Virus record (IMG/VR): IMGVR_UViG_3300025869_002060
Span: 1 to 64,000 of that record
Length of the DNA stretch: 64,000 bases
Reading direction: 5' to 3' (one strand)
Made by a program: the position numbers and the translations under genes. The notes beneath the pieces are model-generated. The model worked only from the letters and a program-made list of their open reading frames with translations, did not search any database and was not told where the DNA came from. Below are positions 9,253-17,520 of the stretch, piece after piece. The stretch's first letter is position 1; each line of letters opens with the position of its first letter.

Positions 9253-9299
9253 GCGTTCCTTCGGCTTAATTGCCTACTTCCGCCCATTTGGGTGAACGT
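9253..9299 (-). ncRNA. glutamine riboswitch aptamer (glnA-type), distal copy
   Basis: Reverse complement CGTTCA-CCC AAAT GGG-CGGAAGTA-GGC AATTAA GCC-GAAG-GAACGC; P2 and P3 covary relative to the proximal copy. Confidence 0.8.
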
Positions 9300-9330
9300 T
9301 GTTTAGCATACGTATTTACCATAATATTGG

Positions 9331-9359
9331 TTGACTTATTGCTAATTTAGTACTATAGT
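9331..9359 (+). promoter_or_regulatory. sigma70-like promoter
   Basis: TTGACT-N17-TATAGT, divergent from the riboswitch transcript. Confidence 0.65.
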
Positions 9360-9399
9360 ATGTATATAGTAAAAAGAGTTATGTGAAGGAGTTTTATGT

Positions 9400-9621
9400 T
9401 TGTTTGAAATGGATGCATTTTCACATGCCGTGATCGCTGTAGTTTGTTTATTTATAGCATGGTATGTTGGTAGAAATTGGGGCCGGAAAAGTTTAGCAGA
9501 AGCTGTCATTGAAACAACTCTAGATAACTTAGAACGCTCTGGGTACATATGTACCGAAACTGGTAGGAATGGTGAGAAAGAACTAATTCCTATCTCAGAA
9601 ATTTTAGCAAATAAGGAATAG
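9400..9621 (+). CDS. small membrane protein
   Basis: N-terminal TM helix; AGGAG SD upstream. Confidence 0.6.
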   Translation: MFEMDAFSHAVIAVVCLFIAWYVGRNWGRKSLAEAVIETTLDNLERSGYICTETGRNGEKELIPISEILANKE

Positions 9622-9752
9622 CAAAATGGTTACAGTTGTCACTATTTTTGGATATATTGTACTAGCTAATTTTGTTGCATCTGGCGTAATGATGGCCATT
9701 GGCAATTAATTTTAACGGTATTCTTAATAAGGTATATAAAGAGTATTAGAAT

Positions 9753-9856
9753 TCGGAAGGTGGTATTGCTTGGGTCGCTACTAGGCAAGAGAACAGGTTT
9801 GGTGATAGAACATCAGTCTTAAGTATCCATTGATGAAACAGTGGAACACCTTCCGG
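9753..9856 (+). ncRNA. candidate structured ncRNA (unassigned)
   Basis: Perfect 9-bp closing stem CGGAAGGTG/CACCTTCCG enclosing three hairpins; ends 8 nt before tRNA-Ala. Confidence 0.55.
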
Positions 9857-9864
9857 CAAAGTTT

Positions 9865-9940
9865 GGGGCCGTAGCTCAGTTGGGAGAGCGATGCCTTTGC
9901 AAGGCATAGGTCGTCGGTTCGATCCCGTCCGGCTCCACCA
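9865..9940 (+). tRNA. tRNA-Ala(TGC)
   Basis: GGGGCCG acceptor with G3:U70, loop TTTGCAA, encoded CCA. Confidence 0.95.
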
Positions 9941-9941
9941 T

Positions 9942-10015
9942 GCGGGTGTCGTATAATGGTATTACCTGAGATTTCCAATCTCATGACAGGAGTTCGATTC
10001 TCCTCACCCGCTCCA
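9942..10015 (+). tRNA. tRNA-Gly(TCC)
   Basis: GCGGGTG/CACCCGC, TGAGA-TTTCCAA-TCTCA, U73, encoded CCA. Confidence 0.95.
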
Positions 10016-10035
10016 ACCAATCCGTAACGGAATGT

Positions 10036-10112
10036 GCGCCTGTAGCTCAGCTGGATAGAGCATTTGACTACGAATCAAAAGGCCAGGAGTTCGAATCTCT
10101 TCAGGCGCACCA
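10036..10112 (+). tRNA. tRNA-Arg(ACG)
   Basis: GCGCCTG/CAGGCGC, TTTGA-CTACGAA-TCAAA, encoded CCA. Confidence 0.95.
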
Positions 10113-10141
10113 ATTTTTTGCATAATATCTTATTTTTTTGG

Positions 10142-10170
10142 TTGACAATCAATAAATGATGTAGTATAGT
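10142..10170 (+). promoter_or_regulatory. sigma70-like promoter
   Basis: TTGACA-N17-TATAGT. Confidence 0.7.
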
Positions 10171-10203
10171 ATTATTATTGTTAAAAAACAAATGAGGTAA
10201 GAA

Positions 10204-10524
10204 ATGAATACCGTAGCATCGTTTATGCTTCTTTTTAACTTTACATTGGCAATGCCCGATGGCGAAGTTCGCGAAGAAATAGTTAATGTATATTCTAAGC
10301 ATTTTGAGTCGCAGAAAGAATGTACAGATTTTCTTGAATCGTGGGAAGGCATAATTAAAAGTCGTGGAGTAAGCACATTACAAGATATGCTTAAAGACGG
10401 ATACAAAGTTAATTTAAACGTTGTCAAATGTGAGCTAGTACCTAGCTTTGCTCCATTGCCAGTTGATGAAAAAGCTGAAGACGACAAATTTGATGATGAT
10501 GACAATCATCAAGCACACGGATAA
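10204..10524 (+). CDS. putative secreted hypothetical protein
   Basis: GAGG SD; hydrophobic N-terminus; two Cys; acidic tail. Confidence 0.65.
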   Translation: MNTVASFMLLFNFTLAMPDGEVREEIVNVYSKHFESQKECTDFLESWEGIIKSRGVSTLQDMLKDGYKVNLNVVKCELVPSFAPLPVDEKAEDDKFDDDDNHQAHG

Positions 10525-10705
10525 GGTTTTCTAGGGAGACGTGGCGTTGATAGCGCCTAGTAGGGGATTGCAGACCCTACGATGAGAAGGAGGGTAACAC
10601 TTCCAAAACCAAGGCACGATGACAGTAAGTCCGGCTACGATCAAGTCGTTAGATGGATAGGCGAGGCCAGAGACCGGGTGAAAGCCCACAAGGACTGGGG
10701 GCTGT
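10525..10705 (+). ncRNA. candidate structured ncRNA (unassigned)
   Basis: GC-enriched intergenic stretch with several stems (GGTTTT/AAAACC, GGCG/CGCC, GTAGGG/CCCTAC, GGGT-GAAA-GCCC, AGTCC/GGACT). Confidence 0.45.
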
Positions 10706-10757
10706 ATTCAAAAAAGTTTTGAAGTTGATTCCATCAGATCGTTTTATAAATAACTGT

Positions 10758-11690
10758 ATGATAAAAATTGTTACTAATAATATAGAATTACCCTCAATGG
10801 TGTTTGAGCCAATTAGTAACCCTTTTGTAGACAAGTTCCTTTTAAAAATTAAAGATGTGCAAAGCAGATTTGCAATGGTTGAATGGCTTGAACGCATTCC
10901 CTACACTCGCAATGATGATATGGGTAGTTGGGAAAATCATAAAAAAGAATCCTACAAAGATTTTGATATTGGAATCAATGGTATTAAAAAACTAGGATAT
11001 GATTTTCCTGTAAACTACGAAGATATAAAAATTGATTTAAACCTTGATACAGTACATCTATTAAATCGTTTGCATAGGTATTTTACCACAGGTTGTCGAT
11101 CAACGTTTGAAGAAATGCAAACATACGATGACAAAACATTCTTTAAATTAAAAACTGAACACCAATGGACTTTCAACGATCTAATACATCATGTAAATGA
11201 CGGTGTACACAGATTAGAAAATTTTATTGATACGCCACGTGCATTAGAATTCCCAGCAGAAACAGAATATCAGATTGCATTTGATTCTCATCAACCATTT
11301 GATTCAGCTGATACTGCCAATGATTATTTTGTTGACATTACCCAAGATGATCAACAATACTTTAGTGATAAACTAGAATACGAAATGTGGTTACCTTGGC
11401 ACCAAATTCTAGGCAAGTGTTATTGGGACGCCTATTTTGCATACGACGATCCAACACAATGGGATTGTAGCGAACATGTTCAATATAGTGGCAGTTTTGC
11501 ATTGGGAAAACGTACACAAGCACGAAATCCTAAAATTGAAGAATGGCTAAAATCGTGGGGTATTGACCCAGGTCCAATGACATGTGGAATACCGGTGGCT
11601 AGATTGGTTAGTGGTCAGCAGACTTTTGACTTTTTGCAATCACAAAAAGAAGGTCCTTGTTCGCTTATTTGTGAAATTGAAATAAACTAA
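10758..11690 (+). CDS. hypothetical protein
   Basis: ORF 10653..11690; likely start ATG 10758 just after TATAAATA at 10745. Confidence 0.7.
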   Translation: MIKIVTNNIELPSMVFEPISNPFVDKFLLKIKDVQSRFAMVEWLERIPYTRNDDMGSWENHKKESYKDFDIGINGIKKLGYDFPVNYEDIKIDLNLDTVHLLNRLHRYFTTGCRSTFEEMQTYDDKTFFKLKTEHQWTFNDLIHHVNDGVHRLENFIDTPRALEFPAETEYQIAFDSHQPFDSADTANDYFVDITQDDQQYFSDKLEYEMWLPWHQILGKCYWDAYFAYDDPTQWDCSEHVQYSGSFALGKRTQARNPKIEEWLKSWGIDPGPMTCGIPVARLVSGQQTFDFLQSQKEGPCSLICEIEIN

Positions 11691-11691
11691 A

Positions 11692-12141
11692 TTATTTCTT
11701 TCCGTTTTTTATCTTATCAATTTCTTCAGCATTATCATTGATTAGTTTGCTTTGATTCATATCAATTAAAGACTGCAATTTTTGAGCTCTCTCAAGATCT
11801 GTGTCCAAGTGCAGGTCTTTGTTGATAACTTTCTCTAATTTTAAGAATTGAATTCTTTCATTAGGAACAAAACGCCAGGTATATCCTCGATCAGAATATA
11901 CACCAAATACTGTTTCAGAAATTCCAATTTTGACTATAATAGCATCTTTGTCGTCAAGTAGAACTTTATCGCCTTCGTTAAAAGCACGATTTAATTTAAA
12001 TTTTAATCCTTTGGCCAGGCTTGTTGCAAAATCTTTAAACATCATTGTAGCAACTAATGCAATTAATGCAACTGCAAAAGGTTCAATTATATGTGCAATT
12101 TCAAAGCCAACGGCATTTGCAGATAGTATAGTAGGATCCAT
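11692..12141 (-). CDS. small MscS-like mechanosensitive channel protein
   Basis: TM helix, then FKDFATSLAKG...AFNEGDKVLLDDKDAIIVKIGISETVF, resembling the MscS TM3/beta domain. Confidence 0.55.
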   Translation of the reverse strand: MDPTILSANAVGFEIAHIIEPFAVALIALVATMMFKDFATSLAKGLKFKLNRAFNEGDKVLLDDKDAIIVKIGISETVFGVYSDRGYTWRFVPNERIQFLKLEKVINKDLHLDTDLERAQKLQSLIDMNQSKLINDNAEEIDKIKNGKK

Positions 12142-12213
12142 AATCTTTCATTTCCAAGCTAGGTTCTGTTACACTATTTATCAATAAATATTGCTAATAA
12201 CAGGAGTTAATAA

Positions 12214-12381
12214 ATGTCAGTAAGTTGTCAAAATTGTGGACATGAGTCACATTGTGGCGTTCCACTATGGAAAGAGTTTCGAAGAGCATATGATCACGGT
12301 CCTGAAGGCCAAATTGAAGTATGTAAACAATGTCGTTGTGAGTATTGTAGTCAAATTACCAAAAGAAAAGAGGTTAAATGA
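12214..12381 (+). CDS. small Cys/His-rich (zinc-binding) protein, 55 aa
   Basis: Read manually: CQNCGHESHCG...CKQCRCEYC; AGGAG SD. Confidence 0.6.
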   Translation: MSVSCQNCGHESHCGVPLWKEFRRAYDHGPEGQIEVCKQCRCEYCSQITKRKEVK

Positions 12382-12578
12382 TTGAGTTTTTGCTAGTCTT
12401 TATGATTGGTAACACTGTAGTAAATCAAACACAAACTTTTGCTGATATCGACGATTGCAGGTATTTTGCTAGTCGTCTAACAAATCAGCCAGCAATTCCT
12501 CAACCAAAATCAGAAAACGATCCAATAGCATATAAACGTATAACTGCCTATTGCAAACCCATACCAAAAAGAAAATAA
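12378..12578 (+). CDS. small hypothetical protein
   Basis: 66 aa, GAGG SD, hydrophobic N-terminus, two Cys. Confidence 0.6.
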   Translation: MIEFLLVFMIGNTVVNQTQTFADIDDCRYFASRLTNQPAIPQPKSENDPIAYKRITAYCKPIPKRK

Positions 12579-12653
12579 CGGTTATGTTACTCTAATAACA
12601 GTAAGTAACTGACTAACCATTTATATAGATCAACACACCAAAGGAGATCCTAC

Positions 12654-13268
12654 ATGTTAGCAAACCTATTAGACGGAGTCAACAGAGCTTTGGTTACTAA
12701 GTTGGTAATTTTACATACCTTAGTAATTGCTGTCTCAAACTACCTAGTAACAATTAGATTTGATTTATTTCCCGGGGCAGAATTGCCACTATTTGGATCA
12801 TTTCCACTCGCGGCCGCGGCGTTCACATTTCCGATCGTTGTTGTTGCAACTGATTTGACTGTACGGTTAATTGGTAAACAAGCAGGAAGAGCCGTTGTGG
12901 CTATGGCCATTATTCCAGCTATTGTGGCGTCGGTGCTAGTGCTATTAGCACTTGGTGACGAACACGCCTACAGAGTTGGACTTGCAAGTGGCACAGCCTA
13001 TGCAATTGGAACAATGCTTGATGTATATGTATTCCAACACATTCGTGAAAAGTATACCGAAATGTGGTGGGCGGCACCAGCAATTTCTACAGTTGTTGCC
13101 AATATCATCGACACCTATGCATTCTTCTATACAGCGTTCTATCCGGCACCTTGGGTACACGGCGTAGCGTTCAATAATACACTTACTAAAATTGTAGTAG
13201 GTCTTATTGTATTCTTACCAGCATACGGTATGTTATTATCGTATCTTAGGAATAGAGTTAAGTCTTAA
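12654..13268 (+). CDS. yhhQ: queuosine precursor transporter (YhhQ/Vut family)
   Basis: SNYLV, AFTFP...ATDL, G...D..VF, STVVANIIDT..F motifs; multi-TM; AAGGAG SD. Confidence 0.8.
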   Translation: MLANLLDGVNRALVTKLVILHTLVIAVSNYLVTIRFDLFPGAELPLFGSFPLAAAAFTFPIVVVATDLTVRLIGKQAGRAVVAMAIIPAIVASVLVLLALGDEHAYRVGLASGTAYAIGTMLDVYVFQHIREKYTEMWWAAPAISTVVANIIDTYAFFYTAFYPAPWVHGVAFNNTLTKIVVGLIVFLPAYGMLLSYLRNRVKS

Positions 13269-13339
13269 CCACAAGGACGAAACCACTAAACCTCACCTAA
13301 TATAAAAATATATTAGGCCCAATAAAACGGTTATTGGAC

Positions 13340-13369
13340 AAAAAAGCAGAAGGAGACTTCTGCTTTTTT
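13340..13369. terminator. bidirectional intrinsic terminator
   Basis: AAAAAAGCAGAAG-GAGA-CTTCTGCTTTTTT. Confidence 0.75.
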
Positions 13370-13423
13370 CTTGACTTTAAAAAATATCAATGTTATTGTA
13401 AATATAACATTAGAAGGAATAAT

Positions 13424-13735
13424 ATGACAGAAGAATATAAAAAACTAGATGAGAAGATCAAAGAGTTGAACAGTACACGAGTCTATAAAAAAATTACTCC
13501 CAAAGGAGATTTGAGCTGGTATATTAAATGGTCATCTTCGGTTGTGATCCTATTGGCTGTAATGTGTCGCAGTGTTCCGGACGTTCCAAAAATATTTGAT
13601 CTAGTATTGTCATTTCATGGCTGTGCCGGTTGGCTAGTTGTTGGAATGCTTTGGCATGATAGAGCATTGATTTGTTTAAACGGTGTTTTGCTTTTTGTAC
13701 TTGGAAGTGGAATATTAACCTATATAGCCAGGTAA
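13424..13735 (+). CDS. small membrane protein
   Basis: Start at ATG 13424; three hydrophobic segments, WYIKW and WHDRAL motifs. Confidence 0.65.
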   Translation: MTEEYKKLDEKIKELNSTRVYKKITPKGDLSWYIKWSSSVVILLAVMCRSVPDVPKIFDLVLSFHGCAGWLVVGMLWHDRALICLNGVLLFVLGSGILTYIAR

Positions 13736-13742
13736 TTACAAA

Positions 13743-14189
13743 ATGAAAGATAAATTTAAAAAACTTTATATTGACTGGGCAAGACGAGTTGCAGAACTTA
13801 GTCATGCCAAACGACTTCAAGTTGGCGCAGTGATTGTAAAAGATGATACTGTTATCAGTTACGGTTATAACGGTATGCCTAGTGGATGGAATAACGAATG
13901 CGAAGATTTAGTTTTCTTTAAAGATAAAAAACAGCTTACCCAGCCTCTATTAAAAACTAAACCAGAAGTGCTACATGCCGAATCAAATGCAATAGCAAAA
14001 TTAGCTAAATCAAATAATAGTGGGTTAGATGCTGATATCTTTATTACACACAGTCCTTGTGGTGAATGTGCTAAACTAATACTACAAGCCGGTATACGTA
14101 CTGTTTATTATGCTGAGAATTATCGTGATGATACAGGAATAAAATTTCTAAAGAAATCTAAAATCTCGGTTCAGCTACTCGATAAATAA
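13743..14189 (+). CDS. dCMP/deoxycytidylate deaminase
   Basis: HAE...PCxxC zinc motif, GYNG, VGAVIV. Confidence 0.9.
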   Translation: MKDKFKKLYIDWARRVAELSHAKRLQVGAVIVKDDTVISYGYNGMPSGWNNECEDLVFFKDKKQLTQPLLKTKPEVLHAESNAIAKLAKSNNSGLDADIFITHSPCGECAKLILQAGIRTVYYAENYRDDTGIKFLKKSKISVQLLDK

Positions 14190-14234
14190 CATTGAATACA
14201 CCCACCCCAAAATAAATTATAGAAGGATAAATGC

Positions 14235-15083
14235 ATGGGCGTTAAAACTCTAACCTTCCATAATAAGTTGTTAACACTGGTTTATAGTTGTCAAGTTATA
14301 GGCATTGCCGGACTGATATACTACTGGGATCCTATCTACTTGTTATGGACCGCACTTGGTAAACTACTTTTTTATAGCTTTGGCGTAGAAATTGGTTTAC
14401 ACCGTTATCTATCACATCGTAGTTTTTCCATGGCCAAATGGAAAGAAAGAATACTCTTGGTATTGAGTATGTTTGCTTGTTATGGAAGTACACTTGGATG
14501 GTGTGCTAATCATAGAGTTCATCATACCAATGCTGATAAAACAAAAGGTGATCCACACCCTAGTAAGCAATGGTTTAAAACATGGTTTTGGATTAATACA
14601 GAAAAGAATGTTACAATAAGTCCAACAGTAATTAAAGATCTACTCAAAGATCCATTCCATAAATGGATGAGAGAAAATTACTTTAGAGTAGTAGTTGGTA
14701 CAATAGTTCTAAGTGCATTGATATTTGGTCCAAAGTTTGCTATATACTTCTTTGTAGTTCCAGCGGCACTTGCCCAACTTAGCGGCGGATTAATAAATGT
14801 AATTTGTCATAAATGGGGATATCGCTCATATGAAACTACCGATCTAAGCAAGAATAATTTTCTAGTTAATGCATATGCATTGTTTGTGGGTGTTGGATTA
14901 CATAACAACCATCATAAATTTCCTTGGGAACATAAAACACTAACAAAAGGAAAACGCATTTGGCATGAAGTGGATTGGGGCGGATGGTTTATTGAAAAAT
15001 TCTTGTTAGAAAGTAATGGCACAGATTGGGGGAAACGCTCTGGGCCATCAACAAAACAAACAAGTAAAATGTTAATGGAGTAA
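14235..15083 (+). CDS. membrane fatty-acid desaturase (delta-9-like) #1
   Basis: Three His boxes: HRYLSH, HRVHH, HNNHH; TM segments. Confidence 0.9.
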   Translation: MGVKTLTFHNKLLTLVYSCQVIGIAGLIYYWDPIYLLWTALGKLLFYSFGVEIGLHRYLSHRSFSMAKWKERILLVLSMFACYGSTLGWCANHRVHHTNADKTKGDPHPSKQWFKTWFWINTEKNVTISPTVIKDLLKDPFHKWMRENYFRVVVGTIVLSALIFGPKFAIYFFVVPAALAQLSGGLINVICHKWGYRSYETTDLSKNNFLVNAYALFVGVGLHNNHHKFPWEHKTLTKGKRIWHEVDWGGWFIEKFLLESNGTDWGKRSGPSTKQTSKMLME

Positions 15084-15085
15084 GA

Positions 15086-15916
15086 ATGGAACAGATAAGC
15101 AGTAAGTGGTTAGCCAGCTATCTTGGAGGGATTACTGGTGTATTTGGTAGTTTTGTAGTTTTTTGTGCAGACTATCATCATTGGGATTGGTATTTAATAA
15201 GTTTTTTGTGGTGGGTTATTGCATGTAGATTGATTATGCAAACAGTTGGACTACACAAATATTGGGCACACAATAGTTTTGACACTGGACCAATCCGTGA
15301 ATGGATTTTAACATGGGGTTGTATACTATGTGGTACTGGTAGTCCATATAACTGGGCAGTGCATCACAGACATCACCATAAACACACTGACACAGACAAA
15401 GATATTCATAGTCCTAATACTAATACTTTTACACAGTCGTTTTTTATAACATGGATGTTTAAACCAGACAAATGGTGGAGAGATAAGAAAATTTCACTAA
15501 AGCATAAAGATTTGCTGTCTAACAAAAAGGTCATGCATATACACAAGTATTATCATCATTATTGGTTTGCATTGATAATTGCAACATTGATAATTGATTG
15601 GCGTATAACACTATTCTTTGTACTTCAACCAGTTGGTTTGAATATGCTGATGTCTGGAATAAACAACCATTTAAGTCATACAGATATAGTTCCAAAATCA
15701 TACAGGAATTATGAATCAAAAGATAATAGTCATAATTTACCAGGCTGGACCAATTTACTGTTATTAGGCGAAGGATATCATCATAATCATCATCACGCAC
15801 CATGGAAGTACGACAACGCAGACAAGCCAGGAGAGTGGGATTTAAGCGGCTGGGTTATTCGTACGTTCTTTGATATACACCGCGGTAAACTAGGAAGCGA
15901 TTACAAGAGGTATTAG
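15086..15916 (+). CDS. membrane fatty-acid desaturase #2
   Basis: HKYWAH, HHRHHH, GEGYHHNHH. Confidence 0.9.
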   Translation: MEQISSKWLASYLGGITGVFGSFVVFCADYHHWDWYLISFLWWVIACRLIMQTVGLHKYWAHNSFDTGPIREWILTWGCILCGTGSPYNWAVHHRHHHKHTDTDKDIHSPNTNTFTQSFFITWMFKPDKWWRDKKISLKHKDLLSNKKVMHIHKYYHHYWFALIIATLIIDWRITLFFVLQPVGLNMLMSGINNHLSHTDIVPKSYRNYESKDNSHNLPGWTNLLLLGEGYHHNHHHAPWKYDNADKPGEWDLSGWVIRTFFDIHRGKLGSDYKRY

Positions 15917-15917
15917 A

Positions 15918-16730
15918 ATGCAATGGAAGTTAACATATTTTACGGGCTACATTGGTGCAATACTAGGTTTAGTATACACTGTCCAGGCTGACATTTGGCC
16001 TTTGTATGTAGCTAGTATAATATATTGGCTTCTCTTTTGTAGACTTATTTGTCAACTAATAGGATTACATAAGTATTGGACACACAGAAGTTTTTCAACA
16101 GGTCCAATACGCCATTTTATACTAGCATTTGGAAGTATACTATGTGGCACTGGTAGTCCGTACACATGGGCAGTGCATCACAGACATCATCATAAACATG
16201 CTGATACAGAAAAAGATGTACACAGTCCAACACAGAATGGTTGGTTAAGCACAATACTAGGTTACTGGGTATTGAATCCAACAGAATGGTGGTATGACAA
16301 AGGAATACAAGTAACACATAGAGACCTAGTTAAAGACAAACAGGTAATGCATGTTCACAAACATTACTGGAAATACTGGTATGCCTTATTAGTTATTACA
16401 ACATTAATAGATTGGCGTATTGCTTTGCTATTTGTAATTCAACCAATTGGGCTAAGTTTATTTGTACATGGGTGCAATAATTTGTTTAGTCACACAACCA
16501 AGTTTCCAAAATCATATAGGAATTATGATTTACCTGACAACAGTAGAAATTTACCAATCTGGACAAACCTAATGTTACTAGGAGAAGGGTATCACAACAA
16601 TCACCATAACAAACCTTGGGCATATGATAATGCAGACAAGCCAGGAGAATGGGATTTCAGTGCATTGGTAATTAAGTATGTATTTGATATTCATCGCGGT
16701 AAACGTGGCTATGAATATAATAAAATTTAA
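15918..16730 (+). CDS. membrane fatty-acid desaturase #3
   Basis: HKYWTH, HHRHHH, GEGYHNNHH; close paralog of #2. Confidence 0.9.
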   Translation: MQWKLTYFTGYIGAILGLVYTVQADIWPLYVASIIYWLLFCRLICQLIGLHKYWTHRSFSTGPIRHFILAFGSILCGTGSPYTWAVHHRHHHKHADTEKDVHSPTQNGWLSTILGYWVLNPTEWWYDKGIQVTHRDLVKDKQVMHVHKHYWKYWYALLVITTLIDWRIALLFVIQPIGLSLFVHGCNNLFSHTTKFPKSYRNYDLPDNSRNLPIWTNLMLLGEGYHNNHHNKPWAYDNADKPGEWDFSALVIKYVFDIHRGKRGYEYNKI

Positions 16731-16742
16731 TAGGAGAATAAT

Positions 16743-17513
16743 ATGAATCCATATAATCAGACACTTTGGGTAGTATGGGGTAACCATCTACTAACAATTG
16801 GAGCAATACTATTCTTTTTTGAATGGTGGATGATTCCAGTTGCCTTTCTATCAGGGCATTTGTTTAGTGTGTTCAGTGAAATAGGAATTCACAGATATTT
16901 TACACACAAAGCATTTACAGTTGAGTCCAGATGGAAAGAGCAGTTAATGAAAGTGTTTGCTTTTTTAACAGGACAAGGAGCAATACTAAGTTGGGTGACA
17001 GTGCATAGGCATCATCATGTTTACGAAGACCAAGAAGGTGATCCTCATAGTCCTAAGATATTTCCATATTGGAAGATCTATTTAGGCTTGTTTCCAAAAA
17101 CCTACAAATCAAATTTGGTAATGGATTTAATCAGGCACAAAGATAGAAGATATTTTGTATTTGAAAACAAATACTATTGGTTGATGTGGACTGCTCTATG
17201 GTTAGGAAGTTTTGCAATTAGTCCATATCTATTCTTTGTAATTGTTAGTGGCAGTGCAATGTGGTATGCTTTTACTAGTGTAGTTAATATATTTTTACAT
17301 GATGAAGTAGTTGGCCATAAACCACACCAAGAACATGTAGCCACCAATAGTGGATGGTTGAACTGGTTAACTGGTGTTGGTTATCACAACAATCATCACA
17401 AGAATCCTAGAAGCTATACATACAACCTAGATGGAAAAGATCGAGACTGGATTGGTGCTATTATTAAATACGTTATAGCAGACAAAGTAGAAGTTGAACA
17501 ACAGAAAGCGTGA
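16743..17513 (+). CDS. membrane fatty-acid desaturase #4
   Basis: HRYFTH, HRHHH, GYHNNHH; AGGAGA SD. Confidence 0.9.
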   Translation: MNPYNQTLWVVWGNHLLTIGAILFFFEWWMIPVAFLSGHLFSVFSEIGIHRYFTHKAFTVESRWKEQLMKVFAFLTGQGAILSWVTVHRHHHVYEDQEGDPHSPKIFPYWKIYLGLFPKTYKSNLVMDLIRHKDRRYFVFENKYYWLMWTALWLGSFAISPYLFFVIVSGSAMWYAFTSVVNIFLHDEVVGHKPHQEHVATNSGWLNWLTGVGYHNNHHKNPRSYTYNLDGKDRDWIGAIIKYVIADKVEVEQQKA

Positions 17514-17520
17514 GTACAAT

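Noticed and set aside
9197-9299. Tandem ~50-nt repeats as a mini CRISPR array
   Set aside because: Only two units with a ~7-nt gap, internal covarying stems and no cas genes; the glnA-type riboswitch explains them.
10560-10580. tRNA-Cys(GCA) from the GGGGATTGCAGACCC hairpin
   Set aside because: No T-arm (TTCGA), no proper acceptor stem and no CCA; kept only as part of an unassigned ncRNA candidate.
12580-12650. preQ1 riboswitch upstream of yhhQ
   Set aside because: A hairpin exists (GGTTA..GTTAC/GTAAC..TAACC), but the preQ1-I loop and A-rich tail consensus is not recognisable.
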